From Eutreptiella sp. 'Long Island Sound 2002' (Eukaryota > Protista > Euglenida), in NCBI GenBank assembly GCA_964036045.1, contig OZ038378.1:196850001-196914000 (forward strand): a DNA stretch of 64,000 nucleotides, read 5' to 3'. Position 1 is the stretch's first letter. Every line of letters begins with the position of its first letter. Made by a program: the position numbers and the translations under genes. The notes below the pieces were generated by a model. The model saw only the letters and a program-made list of their open reading frames with translations, did not search any database and was not told the DNA's origin. Shown in pieces: positions 37,488 through 50,279 of this stretch.

Positions 37488-37666
37488 CTGAGGCACACAG
37501 AGCATAACCCCACGGCATACACAAACACTACAGAGCACGCTCAGTCATGATGCGCACTTGTCCGCAACCACGTCACTCACGATGCGCGGGCAGAACAGAC
37601 AACAGTCAGGTAAAGTGAACAGGCATCACAGACCACGGTCACTCCTAATGCACAGACATCACAGAC

Positions 37667-37771
37667 CAGCTGCCATTTTGTTCTGAGGTCCAGGACTTGA
37701 GTCTGGAGCTGTTTGTTCAATTCAGTGAGCCGCCGGAGCTCCAAGGTGTGCGCCGCGAACTCGTCGGGAAC
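37667..37771 (-). CDS. Coiled-coil gene exon (VPDEFAAHTLELRRLTELNKQLQTQVLDLRTKWQL)
   Basis: ttgcag|GTT ... CTG|GTCTGT, phase 0-0, heptad-like leucines. Confidence 0.75.
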
Positions 37772-39786
37772 CTGCAACACATTCGCAACGCATTCTTGCA
37801 CAGAATTGCGGTGCGCAAAGGCACACCACAACAAGGGCACAACACTCCCATCTGCACTTCTTACTCGGGGATAACGCAATAGGGACACTCAAACTATTGA
37901 AACCGCCCCACAACTACTTGCACCTTTCGTTCCACCCCCGCTTTGGCCCCCCTGAGTGGCCGAAGTTGAAATGAATTCAAACCAACAAGACCAATGTCCA
38001 GATGCTGCGAGCTGTCTCAACGACCATGAGACCAACGAAACTGCCTTCAACTTGCCCACTCTGAACATGTCCTTCTTCCATAAAGTCCAATTGGGACAAA
38101 CCCAAAATCCATACTTCTTGACCCCACTTCAATGCTTTGTTCCGTGGCAAGGGAAAGCCCACATGCCCACTCTGAACATGCCCTTCTTCCACAAAGTCCA
38201 ACTTGTACAAACCCGGATCCATGATTCTTGATGGTTGAAAATGCGCAAAAATGGTTGACAATTCAAATATGCCACAACCTAAATGCTTAGGAAGCTGAAA
38301 AAAAACCCTGGTACGGAACCAAAAACTTGTGGAAAGGGGCCGAAACTAGGGTCCGAGTATTTGCCGACATCCAAAACTTCGCACTGCGTGCACACTACGT
38401 GCATGGCATTCCCCCACTACAGACCCTTGGAGACCTCCTTCACTGGGGGCGGGAGGTGGTCCATCTTCCACGAATGGGGGTAGGAGGATGGACCCGGGGG
38501 TGCTGTATATGGCCATCCAGCATAGCCCCGCTGCTGACCGTCTCGGGATGACGGCATGGTACGTCTTGGCTAGCACGAAGGATCCTTGGCGTTGATAGCC
38601 CGTGAGGTCACCTTCGATTATAGTACTTGGACGTGATACAACACTTGGAGAGGATGCTGCATTGTCCCTCGGCCTTGATCATGATCTTGAGGTCCGACAT
38701 CAGCCACGCTTGCTCAGGGTCCCCGTAATGGGGGGAAAACAACATGGATACATCACCTCTGCTTTCTCGAGGTCCCATGGTGGGGAGAAATCAACCCAGG
38801 AAAGAGTGGATGTGCCCATTGGCAAATAGCACAATTAGTGCAAACTGGAGAAGACATCTTGGACACATGGTAGGCTTAATTTCCCTCAGTACAATTGGTA
38901 CCGTAGCCGTCAGGCCCCAAACGATTCTGCCCTGTGGTTGCACATGCTTAGTATTTGCTTGGCATCTGAACCAACAGACAGTCGCTGCCACGTGGTGCCG
39001 ATCTCGCACATTTTAGCACTGCCAGTTGTCGTTGTTGCAGGAAGCGGCACATCAAACAGCCGTTGTGTAGTGCATCGCGTGCAGTCTGCATTCACTACCA
39101 CATGGACCGAGTCATATCTGTGACAAATATGTACCTCACGAGTACAGCTAACAACATCACCGGTCTGTGGCTGGCCTTATAAATTGTTCACAGTTTGAAA
39201 AGACCTTGATTCTGTGTCACTATGCAAGCCCAGTATCGGGTGGCTCACAGCTCAAGTGCAAAGATCAGGCAGATGATTCTCGTGGCAACACCGGTGTGGC
39301 ACAACACAAGTTGAATGCCTAGATCAGAGCGCAGGGTCTATGTGGAAAAAGCGTGCATCACCTCCTTGGTCCATCACGCTGGAATGCGAAACCCAGTGGC
39401 CCCTGGCGGACTGCAACGGTACGGACTCCAACCACTGGACTGTAACCCTTTCCCCTTTGGGGCCTGCGGCTGGAGGCCTCTCCCTCCTGCCTTCTCTCGA
39501 AACACGGGAAAATGTTCACACAGCCCTTAACATCACACCCACCGATGCACTTCACACGCCCACACAGCAAGTCCCTTCACCCTTGCATTGCCGTGGCGTT
39601 CCATTACCGAATGGTACGGAGGAGTGGCAGGGAGTGGGTGGCCAGCCCTTCTCTTCCTCGCGTGCAGCTGAACCACAGGGTCCTCCGGCGTCCACCACAC
39701 TTTCAGAATAGGGGGCAATGGGTGGCAGTGGGGACCACTCAGGAGGATTCCTAGAGGACCTTTCGAAACACACGCCCTGCAGAAAC

Positions 39787-39901
39787 CTGTTCTCTTGCTT
39801 CCCACGCCTGAATCTTCTTCAGCAGAGCAAACACCTGCTCCTCCCGCTGGGCCACGCCTTCAAGCAGCGCCCCAGGCTCCAATACGTTTCGGGGAAACTT
39901 C
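39787..39901 (-). CDS. Probable coiled-coil gene exon (KFPRNVLEPGALLEGVAQREEQVFALLKKIQAWEAREQ)
   Basis: gtcgcag|G ... CAG|GTTTCT, phase 2 to 0; the upstream partner exon is uncertain. Confidence 0.55.
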
Positions 39902-42521
39902 CTGCGACCAACAACATGAAACGTACGCAGGCTGAATGAGACGGCAAGAGGAAGAAGCAAGCAAAGAGACCAAGATAGTAACACAAAAGCACAGAGGGTG
40001 CAGCAGGAGATGGATGCATTGGCGATGACGGCCCCAGCGCCAGGTGACCAAGCGGGCATGCGAAGATCGAGTGCAGACACAGCGATGGCGCAGAATGACA
40101 GACAGATAAGGAACATGCACAGCATGATCACGACAGAGCACACATATTAAACGAGAAGATGAGAAGGGAAGGTCAGCAACGGTGCCAACAGGAGACAGCA
40201 CAGACAGGTCGTAAAACACGCCAGATGGGTATGGCGGCCGCAAGGGCAATCCTGCAGGAGCAAATGGGTAAGGACAGCAACAGGCACGACAAGGGCGCGT
40301 CCAAGGACTCTCTTCTCTCTCTGCTCGTGCAGCTGCCTCAATCTGAGCCATCTCAGCATCTCCTGTTGCACCATCATTCCAGGTTAGGCCGTGCCATGTG
40401 TCTGTCATGCCACTGAGGGCTACACCTGCGCGCCGCAGGTGCCGCAGGTGCCGCAGGGCAGGAATAATCCTCTTATACTGTAGAAGCAGTGAAACTTGCA
40501 ACAAGAAGGAAAAATTACCACTCCATGACCATTTGGAGTACCTGCCTAAACAAAACCCACTGAGTGAACAGCACAAGGACCGCACTTGAGCCGGGGAAGA
40601 GCTCCGAATGCAGGATCTTCACTGAGCAACCAGCGACATTTGTATAGCGCCTCATCTTGCGAATCTGGCGCTCAAAGCATGGACGTTTGCTGACAGGGAG
40701 GCAAAGAGGAGCCCCTACCTTCTTAGGTAGCAACAAAACCCCTGCCTTCTTGAGCATGACCACATGGCCTAAACTATTTTACTAACCCCTTCAAATGCAC
40801 CAAAATGTAGAGGAAGCAAACTTGGTACCCATAGACCGTGGGCGGAACGGCTACATAGCCTGGCATTCCCCATCACCCCAACCCCAAGCCCCAACACACA
40901 TGGGTTAGCGGGAGGGGGGGGGGGGGGGGCAAAAAAGAAAAAAGAGTCCCTGAGGGACATATTGCGCAGTGCAAAGGGGTGGAGTGTGAAAAAGTAGTTA
41001 ATCCAATAACAATGAATTGCCTGTCTTGTTTGATGTCGGGATGAATCCTAACGCGCGCCGCAGGGCGCACCGCAGGCGCCGCAGGCACCACAGGGGTGTA
41101 GCCCTCACTGCACCGCATCTGCATCGTTTCATTGCCTCATTGCCTCACCTTTTGTTGACTACCTGCTGGCGCTGCATGTTTTAACCACGCAGCATGGGGC
41201 ATGCAATAGACGGGATAGACATCAAAAGTAGATGGCAAAGAAGATGGAGTGGATGGGGTGACGCAGGCAGCAGTATGAGAGCATCTGGATGGTAGATGCA
41301 TGCAAAGGCTATCCCAGCATTGCAGACATTTGTGAGGAGGAAGGCAGAAGCAAAGAGATAACGTTTAATGGTGCAAAGCAGCATGTCGCCTCTGAGCATC
41401 AGCAGCGTCGGTACCACAGCCATCGACGTGGCAAATGATCAGCGCAGGTCAGTGGCAGTGGCAAGTTCAGGTGTTTGCGTCTCAGTGGAGCCCCTGCAGC
41501 CGCTCACTTAGACCGGCCCTAATCATGAAATGTGCCAATGTGTTTTTTGCAGAGAAAGGTAGTAGGGTGGGGGGTCAGTGGGGGGAAAGCTGGTCAGAGT
41601 GGAACATACTGTTGGTCTCTGTCTTGTGTCTCAGATAACTGCAAACAACACCGTCACGTGCAGGCCCGGCCACGTTCTTAGATTCCTATTCCTATTCCTA
41701 GATCATTATTGTTAGACTGACAGCCCCGCACCCCCGTGTTCCCTGTGTGCCCACAGTCTGACGTGCCATAATTTCGCTAGCAATGCGGATGTGGGGGTTG
41801 CTGCTGAAAACTGGCCTGAGTCTGATCCCAAGCTGCGGCGCCTCATGTTCTGTAGACTGCACCCACACAATCAGCTCATCCTGGAATGGAAAGCTTCGCC
41901 TCGGCAACCCCTCCTGTTTCCCCTTACAGTCACGCCACCCTGCCCACATTATGAATCATCACCCCCGACTGGAAGGCTGTTTATGGCAGTGTGCACGGAC
42001 ATGCACGGATGCACTATGTACAAAGAAGCCCTGCGACAGCCCGAGCAGGGGGATGCCATGAATTGATAAATGCACCACGCCTGTTTGGCGGTGGGACACA
42101 ATTTCTGAAAACATCGATTTTTATGGTGCTGGTGGTTGTACAAATTGGCCAAAAATTGGAAAAGAAGGGAAACCGACTGCCATCAACCACACAAACTGTA
42201 GGCTGTTTGAGGCCACGAAAATCTTGCTTTAGGCCTATTTCGCTCCACTTCCAAAGATTTATAGCCTAGTTATTGGGCAGCAAAAGCAAGTGGGAATTCT
42301 AGTTGACTTATCACACAAGTTTTTAAGAGCAACCATAAGAAAACAACAACAAGAAAATCCCAAAAGGGGCCACATTTCTCAGCAACTGTTTTCGCCAGAC
42401 ACCCTCTCTGCTTGCAAAGCAGCTTTGCAGCTTTGTAAGACAGTATACAAACATAGTCTGGCCCAAGTCCTTTTAAAAGTGGTTCACATTGTGGTGCACG
42501 CACCGCACACACCCGCCACCG

Positions 42522-42556
<35 letters not shown>

Positions 42557-45500
42557 CCAATGGCTGACACCTGCTACCAAATCCAAAACACTAAGTTCGA
42601 ATCATGTCCGAAACACTGACATTATGTACAGTCAATCCATTGACGAGTATCAACCTGTGTGAGGTGGAGCAACCTGGTACACCTAGGACCAACCTTCAGC
42701 CTCCCTCTTCACCTGAGACAATAGAAAGTAAGCAACAAAAATTCAGAAACACTCAACATCAGTGAGCAAGACACTAAACAAAATATCGTACAGCATAAAG
42801 CATAGAGGCGCGACACAGTCAGCCAAACGGGAGCGGTTGACATTGCATCCAAACCCGAGCGAGATAAAAAAAAATTACATCCTCGGGCAACACAAACACA
42901 GTACCAAGTTCAGACAGAAAACACTCGAAACATAGACCATACTGCCACACCCGGGCGACGAGCACCCAAACTACCGGCACCTATGCACCTTCAGAACCAC
43001 AGCAACCGATGCAAGGTCCAGAACTCAGAAGTGGTGCCACCGCGAGAAATCATCAGCGAAAGCTGGCAGCCAAAAGGGTGCTATATGTTGGTTGGGATTT
43101 GGTACCAATGCAAAGCCACAAAAGTTGCCTTGACCAAGGGGTGGTTTTGGACCAAGTCGCACCATCAACATTGCCATGACACCAAACCTCATCCCAAGCT
43201 AAATGCCAACGTAGCTAGGGAACTGCATAGTTAGGCCTGAGCAACATAATGAGCACGGGACTTGCTAGGTCCATTGTCTTTGGATTGGGTAGGCAGAGCC
43301 CTCGCTCCTCTGCCAAACCAAAATCGACATTAGTGGTGGTACAAAAATTGGACACTTGGGAGGTGATGTCACCATGTCTTGGTCCAACTATTTGAATTTG
43401 ATGATGATGTGCTGGCCTAGCCAAATTGTAGGAGTGACCCTATTCGCAACGTGAATTATGCTGTCAAAACCAGGGACATCCTTTTGTACACATTCTATCT
43501 CCACATAGTGGGTGCCACGTGCACCCACAACTACCTCAACAATTAGAATTAGATCAACAACATCTTGCATTTTCTTGAGGGCAAAATCAATGTGAATGAA
43601 TATGGACCATACCATGTCTTGTTGAGTTGCCTGTTGCAAATTGTATGGTTGCTTCACTAGAGGGTCTTAACAACCGCTGACGTAGGGCAACACAAGATGT
43701 TTCGCTCCAAACGGGGCTCTTAAGCACAGCTAGTGCCTCTTCCAAGATGTGCAATGGGGTGCTGGCAAAGATCGTAGCAGACACTCCTCAATTTGGTGTG
43801 CCAAGACGCCGTTGTCAAAGTTTTCTTGGTCTTGTCATATGTTGGGTCCCCATTATATTATCATAAGCAGTAGATTACGGGGTAAGAAACAAATGACAAA
43901 ATTATGGCTTTGGCCATGTAAAATTACAGCTCGTATGTATTGTGTGCTGGCAGTCCCGTGTGCGGCGGCTCACTATGCATGGTGCAGCCCCTAACAGTGA
44001 GTGCTCAGTGCTTGTGTGCTGGCTGAATTGGTTTGACACCTTGACACAATGTACTGTGCATAGCACATAGCAGGCTAACACTTTGCACAGAGAAGCGCAG
44101 TGATTGCCGCTGCGGCGTGGCTGCTCTGCCCTGCCCTGCCCTTGCCACCGCCAGTTTTGCATTGTGCCCGCTCGTGCCACATTCCAGTGTATGGTGTGGT
44201 GTGTTGTGCTGTATTCTACCAATGTACTGACAGGTGCTGGTTTGTGCTTGTGTTGTGTTTGTGTTGGATCGTGTGATGTCCCATTCCTTTGTTGTTTTGT
44301 GCCCTGTGGTGGCGAGCTCCAGTACTCCTGCTGCGCTGTCCTATCAGTGCACGAATAGGAACACACAAATTAGCGCAGCGAGATGTTAGAGAGTGGCGTC
44401 AGTACATAGGCAGATGTGTTTAAAAGTGTAAGAGAATGAAAGCGCGCCGCGGAAGCGGGGGAAGGGCAAGGTATGTTTGAAATGAAGCAAAGCCAGTCAC
44501 CAAGCACATCCTTTTGTGGCGTCCCATAGCGGCTATAGGCCAATCTCAAATACAGAGACACAACCTTCACATATCATCCTGTGCCTTCACCACCCGATTG
44601 CGCTCATACATGACATTACCGCTTTCTGTATAGTCCTACAAATTGCTGATTTTAGCACCTAGTTATAGGCGTTGCCGATGTTGCAGTGCCTGGTCCCAGG
44701 AGAGTACATCCACCCTTGTAGTGTGCTGCACAATATCGAGGAGTTGGTCGCATGGCTGCATGTGCAGTGCCGTTAGTTTGCATGAGGGTTCGTCTAACCC
44801 ATACATCAGACGGGGTAGGTAGAGCGAATAGTGAGAGGTCATCCATCACCTCCCTCACCAGGAGTTTGAAAGGATGAAAAGCACTGCACCAAGGACAACC
44901 CCAGGATATCACGAACATGGTTGTGGTTGTGAAGTGTGTTTAAGCACCTCGTCAGTTGCTAAGCAACTAGGCTGTGCAGACAACAGTGGTTGAGAGTTGG
45001 GGTGGACATGTATGGCGATGCGCATGGCCGTTAGAGTGGTGCCCATGCAAGCTCTGGCACATGCTAGTTTATCCTCTTGCATAAAGGGGCACAGCACAAG
45101 GAGGCCTGCGACACGTGTGAGTGCGTCGTAGACGTAACTCGGTTCCTCTTGTGGTGTAGGATTTGTGGCTCTAGGAAGGATGTTGCTATATAGGTCCGCT
45201 CCCAGGCGATTAACAAGCCATGCATTGGTGCATGACCACATGACTGCCTAGCATGGAGACAACAGTGCTCCTCTATCGCCGCTATTGTAGTCCTAGCCTT
45301 GGGGGCTGCAATCATTTATTTGACGGATTGCAGAAATTGTTGCAGGCACTTGACCCGTGACAATGTCAACCCAAAGCATGGCACCGTGAACAAGGGATGA
45401 ACCAGCGCCAGCCAGCATTACAATATGGTCTCAGGTAGCACTGTTGTGAGGTCGTGGTGGAATCTACATACTGTGGTATGCGAATAGTGCGGTGCAGCAT

Positions 45501-45818
45501 CGAGTGTGGTGGGGTATTGTGCTATGGTGTGCTGTGGTGCGATGCGCTGAGATGGGATGCGGGGCTATATGGTGCTGCATAGTGCACCAGCAGTGCCGCG
45601 CTATGATGTGCTCCACCCGCACTTCTGTCTCTGTCCCTGCTGGTGCTGCTACCACGGAGCGTAGCCCTGCTGGGGCTCCACCGATGCCTTTACTGTTGCT
45701 CTCCATGCTTCATTCCCGACCGCTGCCCCATTCTTTCTCGTGCGCACGGCGCTGCCGTTGCCTCTACTCCTCCCTGCCCCTGCCCAGATCCAAAGACTTG
45801 CCTCTGCCGGGCACGCAC

Positions 45819-45965
45819 CTGTGTTTTGAGCTGCTCCACCTGCTGCGTTAGCTCTGCAACCATTTTCTCACAGCCTTGAGCCTTGGCTTCGGAGCTATGG
45901 ATTTGCTGCCGCAGCCCACTCAATTCACTGGTAGCCCTCTCCAAGTCAGTGCTCGCAGCAGCAGT
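45819..45965 (-). CDS. Coiled-coil gene, type-A exon (TAAASTDLERATSELSGLRQQIHSSEAKAQG...EQLKTQ), 147 nt
   Basis: ctgcacag|ACT ... CAG|GTGCGT, phase 0-0. Confidence 0.8.
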
Positions 45966-47499
45966 CTGTGCAGAGGCATGGTGTATGAGCGGGATCTACG
46001 TCAGGCATATACAAAGGCGGGAGTATGCATCCTTTGCAACGCATCAGGCTTCCAGTTGCCCGTCAGTTTGCTGGGAGGCACTGGCAAAAAAAAATCCCAT
46101 GCCAGACCTGTGTTGGGCATGTGCAAAGCACTGGGCATGTGCAATTCAAATCCTTATCCCCCACTATGGGCTCCGCTATCTGCGGCTCCATGAGCATCAA
46201 TTGTTCAGGCATGTTTCTCTAAATACGCGTGAAACGCTGGAAGTCTTTTCTTCTTTTGTGCTGTTTGGCCCCGGACTGAGGCCAGAATATGCGAGCAGGG
46301 GCGCGTACACAAGGGCAGGACCTGAGGCGCAAAGGATGGGCCGGTGGGGATAGCGCTTGAGGAAGGCAATGGGGACCAAAGGTTGTTGTGTTCCAAACGT
46401 TGTGGGAAATTTTTGGATTGTCAACGGGAAGACAGCATCTAGAGCCACAGTAAAGCCTCACTTCATGACCAGAATTGTGAGAAGCAAGTACGTTGTGAAG
46501 CACAATCCATATGTATGTATTGGCTTTGTGAAGTGAAAAACCGCAGAACGCTTGTGTGGGAACAATGCAGAAGTGGGCCATTTACAGGACATGGCGACTC
46601 ATGCCCCTTCAAACCTTCGCCTACGCATAGGCATAGTGGGGCGTGGGCGACGCATTACCGTGGGCACCGCCGAAGGAAGAGAGTGTGCTGGGGCTCAAGG
46701 GGCATGCGGGATGCACGCAGGTGTATATCTCTCGGGGACGGTTGCGATTGTGCCAACACAGTGGGTTTCGGGGGTCGATGTTTGAGATTTTCGTCCATTT
46801 TGGACGGTGCCTGTGTTTCTTGCTGCCTTTTTTTGCCAACAGGCAGCTACCATGTCCAGCCACGTGCTGTCACCTCCCCCGATGCACCACAAAAACCTTT
46901 GGTTCGCACGGTGACAAATTTGCAAAACGCAGTTGCTCCACTACTGCAACATATCACGCAGAGTTGTCGAGAGTGTGGCCAAGGACAAAGCAGATGCGGC
47001 TGTTGCCACCCCCATCAGCCCAATGAAAAGTCCACAGAAAAAGGCTGCGGACAACACGCGCCTGTGGGCCATGCCTCTCAACACAGGGTGGGTGCCAGTC
47101 AAGGCATGCAGGCTGCAGGATTGGAAAATGGAAGAAATATGTTCCAATTCACAAGCAGGAGGATGTGTGCCCCAATGGGGTCCCTACCCTTGCGGAAGGG
47201 GGCAACAATGAGGACGATTCGGATTCAGAATAATCAGTGGTCCCTCGAGCATTGCTCCGTCCTGTGCATCGCCCAATTTGCAGCTCTGTGCTCAAAAATG
47301 CGACCACCTAACGCCCGTTAACCCGTACATTTCTGAAACGGGCTTTTCTCACAGATTTCAAAAAGTATACACATACCCCCCCCCATGGGGAACGAAATTT
47401 GGCGCATCGGACCAAAAGTTCAAAAATCCGAGGAAAAATGCCAAAACCCACCGCGTTGGCGCGTAACGAATGTCCACGAGAGATATGGCACGATCATAC

Positions 47500-47646
47500 C
47501 CCAGCACACAGGTCTTGCCGCTGTTGTTTCAGCTCTGGCAGATCACTTTCCGCATTGGACTGGGCCTGGGGTTCCGCACCGCGCTGCCGCCGCAAGACGT
47601 CCACTTCTTCCAGGGCCTTCTGCAGGGCAATCTGCGCGGCAGCGGC
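47500..47646 (-). CDS. Coiled-coil gene, type-A exon (AAAAQIALQKALEEVDVLRRQ...ELKQQRQDLCAG), 147 nt
   Basis: ccctcag|GCC ... GGG|GTATGA, phase 0-0. Confidence 0.8.
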
Positions 47647-48727
47647 CTGAGGGCAATGCATCATAGTGTGAGGAGCGGATGGTAGCACAGGGTATGGTAG
47701 TGCGGTGACATATTGTGGGATGTGGCAGTGTTCACATGGAGCAGGCATCCAAAGAGATAGGATCGTGGTCTACAGAGGCGGAAGTGACAGGTGGCAGTCT
47801 GGGCCCTGTGCAGGCTCTGCACACGCACACCCATTCAGACAGTACTTGTACGATCTTTGCTGCCTCCACACACCACTTCATCTGGTCCACTGGCAGCACA
47901 ATTGCAGGAGCCGACCCTCAATATGCGACTGCACGAACGTCTCTTTTGTTGATAATACACAACTGCTACAGACCAAATAACCCTCGTTCTTGCCAGAAAC
48001 GGTGACAGCAAAGGGCACCAACAAACACGCAGGACAACCCAGAAGCAATTGCGATAAATTGCAGAAAATGGGGATCTCAATCCCCCACCCCTGCCCTAGA
48101 TAGAGACGACAAACTTAGTACTTGAAATCCCGGCCACAGTTGGACAGGTCACCACCACCCATCGTTCTCATGAAGACCCTTTGGGCATCGGGGTGCATAT
48201 GATAACTGAGGAGTCTATCTCGCGTAACCCATCAAAGTGCCACCCCAGGGAGGTCATGTTGACCGGATGGGTGGGCTTTATATGGCCACATGAGAGCATC
48301 CCTCCACGTGCGCCCACATCAGGTGCCCCAACGGCAGTTTGCGGGTGACCGACTGCAGTTGACATCCAACGGATAGAGTCGGGCGATTTGCCAGGCCGAA
48401 AATCACCACCCGCCGATCGAAGGGTCAAGTCCCAGACTTGACGTTGCTGTCCGCGCTTTGGCCTCGGCTAGCTGCACTTTAGCATGCGCCAGCACGTGTT
48501 GTGCAAGAACCCCCGAGATGGGCCTCGTGGCCTCGAATACCCGCGAACCAACGTTGGTTGACCATCATCAGACGTCGTTGAACCGACAGCCAAGGCGGTT
48601 TGTAGGGGAGGGCCTACGTGCAAAAAGAAAAGAGGGAGAGCGATTCAGCATCGCCCCGATCATGACTATCTTCTGGTCCCAAAACCGGAACCAAAGCACA
48701 AATACACAGACTCCAGGGGAGCAGTAC

Positions 48728-48799
48728 CTCACGTTCCGCATTTTCTGCCCTGGCCTGGAGCTCGGCAGCTTGCGCGCCACTATCCTCTGGGTCACTCTT
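48728..48799 (-). CDS. Coiled-coil gene exon (KSDPEDSGAQAAELQARAENAERE)
   Basis: atctgcag|AAG ... GAG|GTACTG, phase 0-0. Confidence 0.75.
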
Positions 48800-48962
48800 C
48801 TGCAGATGTCGAGTACAGTGGTGGAAAGCGCTGCAACGATCCTCAGCAAAATGGTGACATGGATGACCCTTCCCTGCCAGATACAGATGGTCATGTCTTG
48901 CCTTGCCATGCCCGGCCTGGCCCTGCAAGGCCACGGCCATGCCTTGCACCGCCCTGCCACAC

Positions 48963-49121
48963 CTCAATGCTGATGTTCTGCTGCAGCTTGAGAGCTCGTT
49001 TTTCTGCATCCTCAGCCTTGGCTTCGGCACTGCACACCTGCAAACGCAAGACGTCCATTTCTCGGATGGCCTTTTGCAGTGAAGAGCGCAGCAGACACGA
49101 GGCGCTTTGTGCAGACACATC
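48963..49121 (-). CDS. Coiled-coil gene, type-A exon (DVSAQ...LQKAIREMDVLRLQVCSAEAKAEDAEKRALKLQQNISIE)
   Basis: aattcag|GAT ... GAG|GTGTGG, phase 0-0; similar to 47500-47646 and 45819-45965. Confidence 0.8.
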
Positions 49122-50182
49122 CTGAATTGGACAATGCACCCCACCCAGTGTGCCACCCCAAGCAGTGGGCTCGACGTGATAACAATATTCCATGGACAAG
49201 AGGACGGTGCGGGGTAGCCTTTGCCAACTACCCGATGTGATCACACACACACACACACGCACATACACACACCACCACCGCCGCCGCGTTCTGTGGACGA
49301 ACATAACCAGTCGGGGCTGTGAGAGAAACAACACACACCGCGCATAGCACCGTGCGCTAGTTCTTTGTCGCTATTTTACGCACTTTTCGCAACGCCACAC
49401 CCATCATCGTCAGGGGCGATGGTCTCCAGGTGTGCCTCCCATTGCCGAAGGAGGGGGATGATCGCAAATTTTCGATCCCACTGCCCTCCCACAAGCTCTA
49501 GTTATGCTTTTGGGAGAGCGGTGTGTACAGCCCACCGTGACGAAATGAAAAAACAGTCCATTCATGAAATAGCACCGGGTGTTTGTTTCTCTCTGCCAAG
49601 GGGATAACGGGAAGATCGGAGGAGGTTCACCGCACCCACCACTCCTGGCAGCTGGCACCAGCGGTCCCTTTGTTGCACCATTGCCCCTATTGCCTTAGCC
49701 CCCTGCCACCCCCAACATGTTGCACCGATCCTTAAACGCCTCCCACGCCCTCCCACTGTCGCACCCCACCCCCTGTCGTTCCTGTTCGCCTGCAGTCACC
49801 GTCCCCGCATCCCCTTGCAGAGATATCCTGGGCCCGTTGGCCCCTGGGCTTGCGCTCCTGGTTGGTGGCCCTGCATGATGGCGTCGCTGGGTGACTCTTG
49901 GGGGCCCAAACTAATTCAGACGGATTCGGTTTGCCGGCAGGATCCCAACACGTAGACCCTGTCCCTTTGCACATCTGGAAAGGGGGGGGGGGGGCTAACC
50001 CTGCAGCCCCCCATGAACTATTGCAGTGACCCTGATGTCGCGAACCCCACGTGATTCCTCAAATGTGGAGTGAGCGAACCATCTCAAGCTGAGGACCCCC
50101 ATGGCTTCGCCTCTGATTCCGAAGCCCCAACGTGGCTCGTCGATTGTGTGAGCAGGACATTTCCATCGGTGATCCTCTAATT

Positions 50183-50252
<70 letters not shown>

Positions 50253-50279
50253 GTGGTTTCTCCTTGTGGATCAAGTGTT

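Noticed and set aside
46515-47321. 268-aa plus-strand ORF
   Set aside because: No recognisable motif; protein-like stretches switch frame. It is at most a decayed fragment antisense within an intron.
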